Shown piece after piece: positions 28,995 to 42,097 of a stretch of DNA of 64,000 nt. The first letter of the stretch is position 1; every line of letters begins with the position of its first letter. The position numbers were made by a program, and so were the translations under genes. The stretch is from NCBI RefSeq assembly GCF_009914755.1, contig NC_060931.1; one strand, written 5' to 3'. Source of the stretch: the human T2T-CHM13v2.0 reference genome, Homo sapiens. Under the pieces are notes generated by a model, which made no database searches, had not been told where the DNA came from, and was given only the letters and a program-made list of their open reading frames with translations.

Positions 28995-29301
28995 TAAACA
29001 TCCATGACTCTTCATGTTTTCTCATTCCATTCTTTCAAAATAAGAAGTCTAGAATCACAATTCACAAAATCAGACTATTTTGATAAGGATTTAAAAATAT
29101 ATATACTCTGAAGTTTTGACACTGCAAATTTAACCCAAAGGGCTTTTTTACTGAGTAGCTTGAGAAAATTTTGGCTTTTCAGAAATTATCAACACAAAAT
29201 AAAATTGACAATGGCTACAATCTGCATATAAATGAATATAATCTGTTATACATACATACAATCTGTTATAAATTATACATACATACAATGCAACATGCAT
29301 A

Positions 29302-29401
29302 CATACAATGTATGCATACATTGTATGCAGCATACAATGTATGCATACATTGTATGCAGCATACAATGTATGCATACATTGTATGCAGCATACAATGTAT
29401 G
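29302..29401. repeat. 29-bp minisatellite (about 3.5 units) built from a perfect palindrome
   Basis: Unit catacaatgtatgcatacattgtatgcag at 29302, 29331 and 29360, partial at 29389; related ~20-bp repeats extend across 29230-29450. Confidence 0.97.
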
Positions 29402-29857
29402 TTATACATACATACAATCGGTTATAAATGAATACAATCTGTTATAAATGAAAATCATCTAAAAGATCATATCATGTTGGTCATATTGGATACAGCAAAA
29501 ATTGGCTCAGGAAAAAAATAGACTTGTTAGAAATAATCAACATGAAAAAAAACTGTCCACAACTAAGATACAGACGAATAAACAAAAAAACTGATAGAAG
29601 AATCAAGTCTTCTTAACCAAAACTAAATCAGTAAAATTGGAGCAAAAACATTGAACTTGTTAGAAATAGTGGCCTCAAGAGGAAAATCCACATAGGAAGA
29701 GATTATTATGCTAAAATTATTTCTAGACAACAACAAAGCCCTGATTCATGATTCAATATTAAATTGCATGAGTGCAGGAATCTGTATCTGTCTTACTTAT
29801 TCCTATATCCCAGTATCTAGAACACTGCCCAGCATAAAAAAGTAGCTCAATTAAAAA

Positions 29858-30171
29858 TGTATGGTTTGGCTCTGTGTCCCCACCCAAATCTCACCTTGAA
29901 TTATAATCTCCATAATCCTTAAGTGTCCAAGGGTGGGACTAGGCGGTGGTAATTGAGTCATGGGGGCTGTTTCCCTCATGCTATTCTCTTGATAATGAGT
30001 GAGTCTCACGAGACCTGACGGTTTTGTAAGCATCTGGCATTTCCTCTGCTGGCTCTCATTCTCTCTCCTGATGCCCTGTGAAGAGGTGCCTTCCACCATG
30101 ATTGTAAGTTTCTTGAGGCCTCCCCAATCATGCGGAACTGTGAGTCAATTAAACCTTTTTTCTTTATAAAT
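29858..30171 (+). mobile_element. THE1 (C/D-like) LTR, 3' truncated
   Basis: tatggtttggctctgtgtccccacccaaatctc...ccatgattgtaagtttcttgaggcctcccc...gaactgtgagtcaattaaacc. Confidence 0.92.
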
Positions 30172-30420
30172 AATAAAAAAGTGTTGCATAACATCTTAAA
30201 ATTTACAAGGAAAATAATCTGATAAAACTTCAGAACAAAAATGAAAATGGAAAAACTATTTTAAAAAGTTTAAATGTGTGGTATATAATTTAAAAGAAGT
30301 AAAATGATTTAATAGCATTTGATTCAGAAAATACATTTCATCCAAGAAAGATTTTAGGAGAAGATGATTTGTCAGTGTTGGCAAAATTTGGATGAAAAAT
30401 ATATAAACATGAGTCAAAAT

Positions 30421-30872
30421 GGGCTAGAAGGGTGGGATCCGACTACCACCTGGTCAAATGGTGGAGTCAAAGTTATGGAGAAAAGTAGCTGCATGAAAAC
30501 CATCTGTACGCCTTTCTTCTGGCAGCAAATCTTAATTATTCTTCCATGCCTAACTGAAATTTAACATCTTGCATTGAGCCTTTTCTAATCCAAAGCAGAA
30601 CATTTTGACCCCAATGTTTGCACTCGTACCATTTTTACCCAAGGATGTGTTGACTTTACCATAGCACCTTTCAGAATTCATAAAAGTTGAAAGAAGATTT
30701 TGAGAGTGATAGGATACTTTCATAAAAGAACAACCTTCCAGTATCTGAGAGGAATCACAATTTTGTGACAGTTTAATAAAATAAAAACTGTTATTCAATT
30801 CATACTATATATTACTAAAGATTCAGTGTTATATGATTAACTGCCTAAAAAGTCACTTCTTGTTTGTAAGAT
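30421..30872 (+). pseudogene. Possible 5'-truncated processed pseudogene fragment (parent not recognised)
   Basis: GC-richer block inside an AT-rich array; frame from 30422 reads G*KGGIRLPPGQMVESKLWRKVAA*KPSVRLSSGSKS*, then 3'UTR-like sequence with AATAAA near 30775; imperfect flanking repeat taaacatgagtcaaaat / taaaaatgacaaaaat. Confidence 0.35.
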
Positions 30873-31590
30873 TAAAAATGACAAAAATTCACCAAAATTG
30901 AATAACTTAGGTAAGAAATACTCAAAATAAAATAAAATTGCTCATAGTTAAACTACACATGGTAACATTCGTTTTGACTAAAATCGATGGAAGAATAAAA
31001 ACAAACATCTTTTAAAAGGTAAATCTGAATAATTGATCTCAGGAAATTGAACTTGATGGAAATAAATAATCACAGAATAAAATCTGTAGTAGACAATGGC
31101 TTTAATTTGCAATGCTTAATACAGAGAAAAAATCTTTAATGATTAATCAAAAATTGGTCATGCAATTTAAGGTCAAAGAATTGACTTTGATGAAGACAAT
31201 ATTGGTAAAAATAAAAATAATAAGAAAAAGTTTGGAATTTAAAAAATTGCCTTGTATAGAAATTGATCAAAAAACTCAATAAAAATTCATCGGTGTTGTT
31301 TCATTTATTCAACAAATAGTTATTGAGCATCAGTTATGCACGAGGCTGTAGCGATTAAAAAGTGAATAAGATAAGGGCTTCACATTCTCAAAGGAGAATG
31401 TAAATTCCTGCCTAAAACGTTGGTATTCTTCTACATGAAGTTAAAATATCCATTGCATGAAAATGATGTGTTCTCCTTCACTGTTAATTCTTTTAGGAAG
31501 AAATTTAGAACTATGTATTAAAAGACTTAAAAGGGTCCATAAATTTTGATTCAGCACTTATGTTTTTAAATATGTTCCACAAATACATTA

Positions 31591-31779
<189 letters not shown>

Positions 31780-32242
31780 TTATAAGAGAGAGAAATTAGC
31801 ACATACCCTAAATATGGAGTATTTGGAGGAATATTAAGGAAACTATGCCACATTCCCTTGATGGTTGATGGTTATTTTCCAGAGCAGCAGCTCCACGCTT
31901 ATATCTGATCATTTATGTTTGTGTGGAAATGAAAATAATATCCTCAGGCTCCTTAACAATTTCGCAAGCTGGCCTGTTGTGGGTGGCTGTGTGATGTCGC
32001 TGAGTGACACAGCCTTGGAAACGCAAAGGCTGCTGCTGTTTCACCTCCAGGATACCAAACACCCAGGGCTTCAGAGGGCTGGAGTTGGGGCAGTGTCACA
32101 AGATCAGAATGTGATCTCCGTGACTGCTTAGCCTGCTGAGACCCAGAGGCTCAGAGGCTGGAGGATGGAGGGATGCGACAAAGAAATGTAAAACATGCTC
32201 CATAACCTCAACTAAAAACCCAGCATTCCTTCTTTCTCGTAC

Positions 32243-32612
32243 TCATTTATTCATTCACTCAACAAAGATTTACGGAGTGGCTGATATTCCCCAGACATTG
32301 CTTCAGATGCTGGAGTTTCGGTTGTAAGCAAGAGAGATGAAAATTCCTGCCCTTTTGGAGACTGCATTCTGGTAGAAGCAGACAGTAATGAAACAAAATA
32401 AATAACTAAATTAAATAGTATGTTAGATGTTGAGAAGGAGGATAGAATAAAATGCAGCAGAAAGAAGGAGCACAGGGGAATGGGTCTGTAATTCTAGACT
32501 GGGCAATCAGAGAAGGACCCGATGAAGAGATGATGTTTGAGGAGATTTGAGGGAGGAAAGAGAGTCGGCCATGCAGGCACCTGGGAGAGGGCGCACCTGA
32601 CATGGGGAAGAA
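32243..32612 (-). mobile_element. L2 3' fragment
   Basis: cattcactcaacaaagattta...attcctgcccttttggagactgcattctggt...gatgatgtttgag. Confidence 0.85.
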
Positions 32613-34014
32613 CTCCCTCTGATATTTTCTAGCCTTGGACTTCATCTCTGCCTTGGTCTGTCTATGGTGGTAATAACCTAACCTGAAAAACTGACTCTAG
32701 GTTAATGGATTATTGGAAATTTGCAGAAGGGACCCCAAGGGAACAGAAATATCTTAACACTTGTTAGAAATTATTTTTAAGTCTGTGGCTTTCCAACCTG
32801 TCCAGGAGCTTCTGAGGCCTCACAGACCCTCTCTCTGCCATTAGAGTTTATACTAATGTTTCCAAACTGTGGTCTTCAGGGGCTTATCCTGAGAGATATT
32901 GGCTCAGCAAAAAAAGGCCTTGTTTGTAAATAAACTGGGGAGATACAGTGTGCTGTCTTCCCAAAGTGAAGATTACCTTTAAGAATCCCTACAATAAAGA
33001 AGCCTGTTGAATTTTCTTTAACCCTGAGTGTCCCTAACTTATTCTCATGCCATGACTATTACGATGCCATGGAACAGATGTTCATCAGAAGACATTGACT
33101 CACACAATAGTGTTCCATGCTGGTTATAGACTGTCTGGTTCATTGTTTCTTCACTCGTCCTTGATGTCAGTTTCGTTGTATTGTCAGGCAGGGCTTAGGG
33201 ATAAAATTCTCCAGTACAACCACTGGGTCCTGGACACAGAGGACAAATACACGAAATCATTATGGACCGAATGTAGATGGTTGTAAATGTGGTCCTACAG
33301 AAAAGGTCGCTCAGGGCTTCTTCAAAGTGAGTAGAAAAATATCTGGATAAGAGAAGGCCTTCTTTCCAGTGTAGACAAATGCAGAGACACAATTTCATTG
33401 CACAAATAAACATTAATTTGGGGCCAGGAGGTGGGGTGGGACTGTGAGGAATTTAGCGGGTAGACAAATTCTACATGGAAAATATCTCAAAGTATTCTCT
33501 TTGCCGTCCATCTGCTGTGCTCACATCCACCTCTCCTTACTGTCTCTGCCCCTTTCTTATTCTGTCTGTGGCTGCTGAGCGAGGGCTGGGCTCTGGTTAT
33601 TCTTTTCTTCCTCAACTTTTCTGCCATCCTTTAGTCTTGTTGCCTCCTATTTTCTTCTTTTCTTCTGGCTGGACTTGTGCTTCCCATTCCTTATTTTCTG
33701 TTTCCTTTCAAACCTCCTTCTATTCCCTTCCCCCACAAATGGTTCCACACCCCGTGTATGACCCACCCACTCTGCTGCCCACTTCACAGGGTCTGTCTTT
33801 TGTCCCTGCTTCCATTTGGCCTTTTTATTCTGGGCCCTTGCCCCAGAGGAAGACAGACCTTTATTTCTTTGGTGTGTGTTTTTGCATCACCCGTGTGACA
33901 TCTATGTTTGTAAGGCAACTTCAGCTCGGCTTACATTTTCAGTCATGCGTAGGATTTACATGATAACAAAATCTCCTGTCTGGGAATGTGAGACAGATTC
34001 CTGTAGTCAGTGCA

Positions 34015-34260
34015 TTCATCACTCCCAGGGATTTATTCAATCATTCCCTCACTGAGTAATGTTTATGTGTGAGGTACTAAGGACAAGGAGATAGAAGACA
34101 TAATTCTGCTTGGAAGGAGCTCATGGTCTAGTGAGAGACACAGTGACCAAAGCAGATAATCTCAATAGAATGTGGCAAGTGTTGCGCCAGAGGCCAGGAA
34201 GGGATACTGTTCCAGGAGGGTCCCTGACCCAGCCTGGGAGGGCCAGGGATGGCTTCTCAG
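34015..34260 (-). mobile_element. L2 fragment
   Basis: attcaatcattc...ggagctcatggtctagtgagagaca...ggccagggatggcttc. Confidence 0.7.
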
Positions 34261-34289
34261 TCTCAACGGTAATTAGAACAGTGCAAATC

Positions 34290-35341
<1,052 letters not shown>

Positions 35342-35412
35342 CTGTCCCCATTTTCTATAGAAGGAAACTTAGACCCAGAGAAATTAGGAAGTGTGTCCAT
35401 ACTCACTACAGT

Positions 35413-35850
35413 GAACACCCTTGGCACCCCTGTCAAGTGCCCATGTGGTCATGATCACCAGTGCTCTGCACCCATTCCCCAGTTCCGTGTGCCTTGCTGC
35501 CAAGGGCTTATGGCTGGAAAATTCTTCAAAGGCTTGCCTGTGGGCTGCCATAGCCGGCTCACCTGTACCCAAGCATCCAGGAGTTGATTACTGAACCTCC
35601 ACCTACTAGCTGATGACCAATTGGTGAACCAAAGATCAGCTTCTTTGCCTCTGGATGAATTCTGGGGTGCAATTTACACTCCTGAGCTCCCTGAGAATCA
35701 GGTTGTGACTGGCCTTCAACCAAAATCACACCTCTTTACTTCTCCTTCTGTAGTGGGCTTCTCATTTACCACTTTCCCTGGGGAGTTCTTTGTTGATGGA
35801 TCACTTGAATCTTTGCCTTGGGGTCTGCTTCTTAGAGACTCTGAAGACTG
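35413..35850 (+). mobile_element. ERVL LTR16-like element nested in a MIR (MIR halves 35342-35412 and 35855-35925)
   Basis: gaattctggggtgcaatttacactcctgagctccc...tcacttgaatctttgccttggggtctgcttc; MIR resumes at aagtggcagaagtcaggatttgaacccaagg. Confidence 0.7.
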
Positions 35851-36050
35851 TCACTCACCTAAGTGGCAGAAGTCAGGATTTGAACCCAAGGCAGCCTGAC
35901 TTCAGCACAGGTGCTTTTAGTTAGCACACTGGACTGTGTGCTCTCAGATTACTGGTGTAGGCCTGTTAACAGGTTAGTCCATCCAGTTGCAGGGTCTACA
36001 AAACTATGCTTCTTATTTTACCACACATTAAAGTGTCCCTTTCTACCGTG

Positions 36051-36483
36051 TGTATGGCAGATGCACCTGACAGCAATAACTTAAGCAAACCCAGAGAATG
36101 GCCGTATGATCTAGGAAGAATTTTGTTTCAGTTTCAAGCTAAGGAATACGGGAGTGGCCAACCTGGAGATTCACTCCTTCTTTACGAAGAGTATCTGAAC
36201 TCCTGGCCCGTTCCTTGAAATACAGGCCATCCGGGGAGGGGAAGGCCCTTCGTTTTGGGTTAAATGGAGGTTGCTAGGTGGAGGTTGCTAAGCCAAAATG
36301 CTATATACACTGCATACTTTTTACAAACGATAGTGGGTCTTCCTGCCTAATCCGCTGTCCCTGGACCACCCGATAGGTAAGTCTTCAATAAAGCCTGTAT
36401 TTCGTTCGCTGGCTGTAGGTCTTTTCTTTGGCCTCTCAGACACAGTGCCATCCCTACAGAAGTCAATAGGGGTCCAGCAGATA
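36051..36483 (+). mobile_element. ERVL solo LTR, LTR32/LTR18 group
   Basis: tgtatggcagatgcacctgacagcaataacttaagc...gctaaggaatacgggagtggccaacctggagattc; internal AATAAA; TSD ccgtg/ccttg. Confidence 0.85.
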
Positions 36484-38574
36484 CCTTGAGAATGTATGTT
36501 CTTCACCCCTTTGGAAAAAATCCTTTGCATAAGGGAAAGTAACACTCCGCTAGGTCTTCACGCTTATTTAAATCCTGTCAATCTAATATAACTGTGTGTT
36601 ATAGGCACATGCCAGCTTCCCTCCACCTCTCACACCAAGTAAAAACAAATGCAATATTGATAAACTTTTCTTTCCCATGACCCATGGTGGGTATAGATAA
36701 GTTAATGGAGAAATAGTGGTTGGCAATAACATTCCATGGACTCCTTCCGCTGAATCAGCAGTAGCAGCTAGAATTTCATAAGCTGTCACCACTTCAAGAG
36801 AGGAGAAGCAGTAGCCTGGTGTGCATGTGTTGGTCACACCCACACTGTGCTGAGCTCTGACTTCTGGGCAGTGTTGAATGCATAGGCTGTTATTCCCCAA
36901 ACCCCTCACCATTCCTGGATTTAACCTGAGTCAGGGTAAGTGTAACCACCCGTCAATCGCCTTTATAGAAAACACTTTGGGTCCTGACTATTGGTTGCCC
37001 CTTTGTTTTTTGAGGTCCTTGAGTTTGTCTTGTGCTATACTTCATGGAAGGCACAGGAAATGTATCCCTAAAGCAGCCTTAGCATCAAAGACATTTCTGT
37101 GAAAACACCCCTCTCCACTACCACAGAACTGTTTATTTTTTCAATTAACAAAGGATAAGGTGGTCCACTGGGGAATTTTGGCTTAGAGCCCCAGAATTTA
37201 AATATGTATGCAAAGTAGGGGGTTAAAAAGACCTTAGATTAATCCAGTTTTTACAACACCTGGGGCTGTGGTGGAGATGGGGGCAGTTAATTTAAGCACT
37301 AACTTTTGAAGGAGCAATTTTCTCCCACTTTGGCTGCCTGGGCTCAGGCCACAGAGGCAGGCTTTAAGTATTTCACCTAACTACACTCAGGCAACAAGCA
37401 TGGGAAACTCTTTGGCATGCCTTGGTATCTACTCACATTCTTCTGTTTTGCTTTGTCTTTCTCCCTGGACAAATGGCACCTTATTATCTAACTTGAGCCT
37501 TCGCATTCAGACTTCAAGACACAGCCCATGTTTTGAATTAAGGAAGAATGAGCCTCAGCATGAGCCCTGGGGAATCTGGGTTAGGTGATCCAAGTCCCCC
37601 TTGGGTTAGACTGAATGCAATACTTTTCTTCTTTACCCTGCTAGCAGGTCTATTGAGTTTCAAAAGAGATCAAGCATATATGTAGAAATTCTCCAAATTC
37701 TATAGCTCTGCTATGCTAAATTTTCTATCGAAGAAATTCTCGAAAAGAAAGGGAAGGGGGGTCTCACCAGGATCTACTGAGATTGTTCAAGAGGGTAGAG
37801 TAAGAGGCCACACATTGAAAACATTCCTTTTTGTTTCCTTCCTTACCTTATTTCCTCCAGTCTGAAAGTACAGATGTTTGAAACTCTTCTAGGAGTGGAG
37901 ATGACCAATGACCAGTCTGACTCTGGGAGAGGCTGGACTTCTACTATCTTTAGCAGAGAGCCCCAATATGATTTTTAAAATTTACTCTCAAACCCATGGA
38001 ACTGGGAAATATTTACAACACTTAGCCATTTGTTGACTTGAATATGTGAAGTCTTGCAGAGGAGCTATTTCTTTTCATTGTGACATCAATATAATTTATA
38101 GTGGATGGCATTCTGTCCCTGATTTTGTCTCCCTCTCTCCCTTCCTCCACCCCATTTACATTCACTTGAAAGAAAAGTCTCTTAAAAAGCATGTGAGTCA
38201 TGACCTGAGCATCTATGAACAAACAGTGACTCTTCTTAGGACACAGAACACCTCTTTCCTGGGCATTGTGCATTCATATTTATGTAATAAAACTTAAAAA
38301 TATGCAGGATGCAAAAGTCTTCTGGAATAAAGTTGTTTAGAGTTTGCACAACCCATATAATAGCAACCGCCTCCAGAAGGTGGATTTCTATCTCAGCTCA
38401 GAGAATCCACTAACATGTGGGCCAGCCTTGGGCAAAATTGAGAAGTGGGAGAAGACTTGGTTTGCTTCCTTCAGCCCCTCCACTTCTCAGCGAGTGTCTT
38501 GCTCTCTTCTACTCTCCCTGCATCTCTTGCTGTGCACTCAAACCCACCCATCCTGGTGTTAGGTAAGGCTGGGT

Positions 38575-38858
38575 TTAGTTTAACATGTTAACGGCCCTCT
38601 ACATTTAAATCTTATATTTAATTATAAAAGGAAAGGGTCTGTCCTTTTAAAGACATTGTGGGGGACCTAAGCGGGGACGGAGGACACAGAAAAGAAACTT
38701 CTCGAGGAACTTTGACCAAGAGAAACACCATCTGAAAATGCCTAAGCTAACAAAACTGAGTTTAGGACATCTGCCTTTGGCCCATTCACGTTAACCACCA
38801 CGTCCCTGGAGACTGGTTTTCCTCCTAATATGGTGAAATATGCCAAAAGCAAGTAAAT
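38575..38858 (+). promoter_or_regulatory. Candidate TATA promoter and short first exon
   Basis: TATAAAAG 38623-38630; perfect CArG CCTAATATGG 38824-38833; ATG at 38830 in aatATGg context; donor-like CAA|GTAAAT at 38852/3; repeat-poor surroundings. Confidence 0.35.
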
Positions 38859-40781
38859 TCTCCTGTGGGATTTAAAGGATTTAACTGAATCACATGGAAA
38901 GTTACCAGATTTTCTGAGTGATTTATGTGGTAGAAGCATGGTTCTATTTGGATGAACTCTTTGCTGTCTCACAGAAAAAAGAAAGTAAAATATTCGATAT
39001 AGACTCACCAAGTGGTTCCAAGAACCTTGCCTTGAAAAAAAGAAAAAAGACACAGCCTTTTTCAAAGGTTAGTTTAGAAGTATTAAAAAATCATATTTTT
39101 ATAGTAATAGTTATCACATTGCCAATATTTTTCCATCAACACTGTAAATAAAGTAACTTTCTTCTTGTTAGTACACCATTTAATTGCTCTTAAGTAAGAA
39201 AAGGGTGTGTAAGTGTGGTCTTAATCTAAGTGTTAACACACTGGTTAGAAATGTGAAGTCCCTTAAATTTATACAAAAAACCTTAAACACATGAGATAAA
39301 TTTTAGAAGCTGTTAACCACATGGAGATGCTGGGTTCCAGACACAAGCTCTTGCTCCCTCAGAAATCTATAGCATCCCTTCAAAGTTGAAGTTCAGTTCC
39401 ACTTAGAAAGGCATTATTTCCATTCTCAACCCTATTTTAAAATGAAACAGCAGAAGTGAATTCTACTGGGTTCTGTTCACATCGCAGTGACCCTAAAAAA
39501 GTCCACAGAAAGTACACTTCTCAATCAAATGTTTAGTTACCATTGACTGCGAAGACCCTAGAGAGAGCATGACATTTTTCAATGATTGCATCAAAATATA
39601 TTGCTAGGGAATCCAGAAAAAATATACAACTAAAGTCTTGCTTTTCAAAAGCATCTTCAACCAGAGAGGCAAGAAATATTAAAGAATGCTTCATTATAAT
39701 AAAGAAAAGGATGACCCGTTTTTAAAAAGAATGGAATTATGGGGATCCAAATGGAATTCAAATAATCCTGGTTGCGTCCTGCACTCCAGTATTTTGGATG
39801 CATTTGGGAATGCTGTTGGATCACTCTGGATTTGCCTTTTCTCTATATTCTACCCGACAAGTTTATATTCAGCAGTATCCCTCACACTGTGTGAAAATTA
39901 GCAGTGGTTCAAGGAGGAAATTTGGGGGTTTATATAAAGTAAGTGATGAATCTTCTTGGCTTAGAAATGTGGTTCTTAAAATATAAGGCTTATAGATCAT
40001 TTTGAGAAACTTATTAAAGTCAAGTAAAAGAAAACATGCATACCACATACACATTGCATTTTGCATTCAGTTCCAGGTCTAGAAAAATAAGAAGCTTCAG
40101 GTCTAGAATGTCATTATGGGAAGATTTCCATTTAGGTCTGTTTTAAAAATATCCATAATAGGTGAGAGGAAAGAAATAGGATTCTCACCTTGGGCAGCGA
40201 TATAATTCCTTTTACTAGTGACCAATTAATCCAACCCATCAGAGTAACATTTAATCTTTCTTTTAAGTGGTTTCTAAAAAGGAACAACAGAAATGGCACT
40301 GCTAAGAACTTTACAGAACTGGAAGTAGTATCAAAGTGGCTCAAAACCAAATAAATATAATGTAATATACACCAAATTCAAGTTTTAAAGCTACTCAAGC
40401 CAGGGAAGCAAAGGAGGAAATGCTGATTATTTGGGGGAGAAATGGTAGAAGCGGGGGTAGAAAGGGAAGACCAGATGTTCGGTTTTCAACATCAATGTTT
40501 CTGAAGCCAAGAATATATTGCTGACTGAGGCATGATAAAATGTGCAGGGATTTCCAGCAATCCACAGTCAGCTGATCTGCTAAGGAGAAAAACAACAATT
40601 TTAAAATAATAAAGTTAGGCTGTAAATATAATTTTCTTATCTGGGGTTCTGGTTATTTATACCTCAAAGTGAATAGCTGCATAAAGATCTTATTGTTTCT
40701 CACTGGAACAAGCTTGAAGCCCAGGGAATGCCTTGACTTCATGAGATTATGAAAAAAAAATGTTGTATTTTTATGTGACAG

Positions 40782-40951
40782 GTTGACATGGATTTTATTC
40801 AACAGACAAGCTGACATTTATCAAGATGCTTTCAATTACACCAAAAGAAATAGAAGTCTTCGTCTTATTGCTGTTTATGTGGCAGTATTGTTCTCCTACA
40901 ATAAGTTGATGGAAATGAGTTGTTTTGTTTTTCATTTTAGCCATTTTACAA
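40782..40951 (+). other. Candidate internal or terminal exon
   Basis: Acceptor ttgtatttttatgtgacag|G, donor CAA|GTAAGT; alternative acceptor tgttttgtttttcattttag| at 40940; one frame open throughout. Confidence 0.35.
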
Positions 40952-42097
40952 GTAAGTTTGCTATTGTTGTTGCTGTTTTTAGAATAAAATGATTTTACCA
41001 ATAACATTGAGTGGCTATACCTTTCCTTAATAATGGGAAATTTTATAAATTTGGCTGCTTAATGACATGATTTAGAAGTTTGCACTCTGCTCACTTTTGA
41101 TTTGACCTTGCAATTACCAAGTTAAATAAAAATGACTTTTATAAGGACATGAATCCAATTGAAACTTCGCAAGATTGGAATCTTTTAATTTTTGAAAGTT
41201 GTGTTCCATCAAAAAGCCTTCTGTGGTTTGTGTACCCAAAGAATAATTTTCTATCCAAGTCATACGTCCTGTGTTTCCAAGAAACCCAATCTTGTGCAGG
41301 GGTGAGAGTCCATTATCTTCTTCTCTGCCACCCTTTACAATGCAGGCTCATAGGAGATTTGTTTGAGAGCTCATGTACACAAAGATGATTTTATTGCATT
41401 ACCCAGGTCACACGGCAGAAATTGTCAATTTTATGTCAGGTTTTAAAGATTACATCCTGAATAAGTATATTTTATTTCTTGTCAAAATATACTGTTTATG
41501 GTTTCCAATACCAAAGAGGGAGTAGATTATTTTCAGTATAAGCAATCCTGTTGTTCTTTTTTTCCTCCTCTACTCAAGATAGACAAAAATTTGAGAGCTA
41601 TTTTCTTAGAAAAAATGACCTCAATGTCAACTGTCTTCTCCAGCTACAATTTTGGCAATCTCACTAACTACCTGGTGACTTTGTATTGTCTCTTATTGTG
41701 GATTTAAACATTCTGTAATCAGAAAAAACTCAACTTTTCAAGTCTTGGGCCTATTTATTTATTTTTTTTTAGCTTAACCTGTTCTGCCTCTCTATAAGCC
41801 ATACATGGAAATAAGGCCTGTAAAACTGGCAAGATAAATGTAAAGATCAGGGATCAAAGGAAACTCTACTGAGAAATAAAATTATTTTTAATAGAAATTT
41901 TTAAAAATATAGTTTGGTGTCTTGGGCAAATAGAGTAGCAGTACTATTATTCTGTCTGTAATTGACTTTAAAATATCTCAACATAGACTTCAAGGTGATA
42001 AATACTTGTATTAATTTGTTTCTGTACCTAAAGTAGAGGGTTGTTGGTTAACATTTGAAAGACTCTAATCAAGAGTCCACGGGAAATTATTATAAGG

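Noticed and set aside
29302-29401. CRISPR-like repeats or loxP spacer (ATGTATGC/GCATACAT)
   Set aside because: Contiguous tandem units with no unique spacers, no loxP 13-bp arms, and primate context
29148-29447. ORFs with Cys/His/Met-rich repeats that look metal-binding
   Set aside because: Open only because the minisatellite unit lacks stop codons in those frames
33475-33963. Longest ORF in the window (162 aa)
   Set aside because: Pyrimidine-rich low-complexity sequence depleted of stop codons; no recognisable domain
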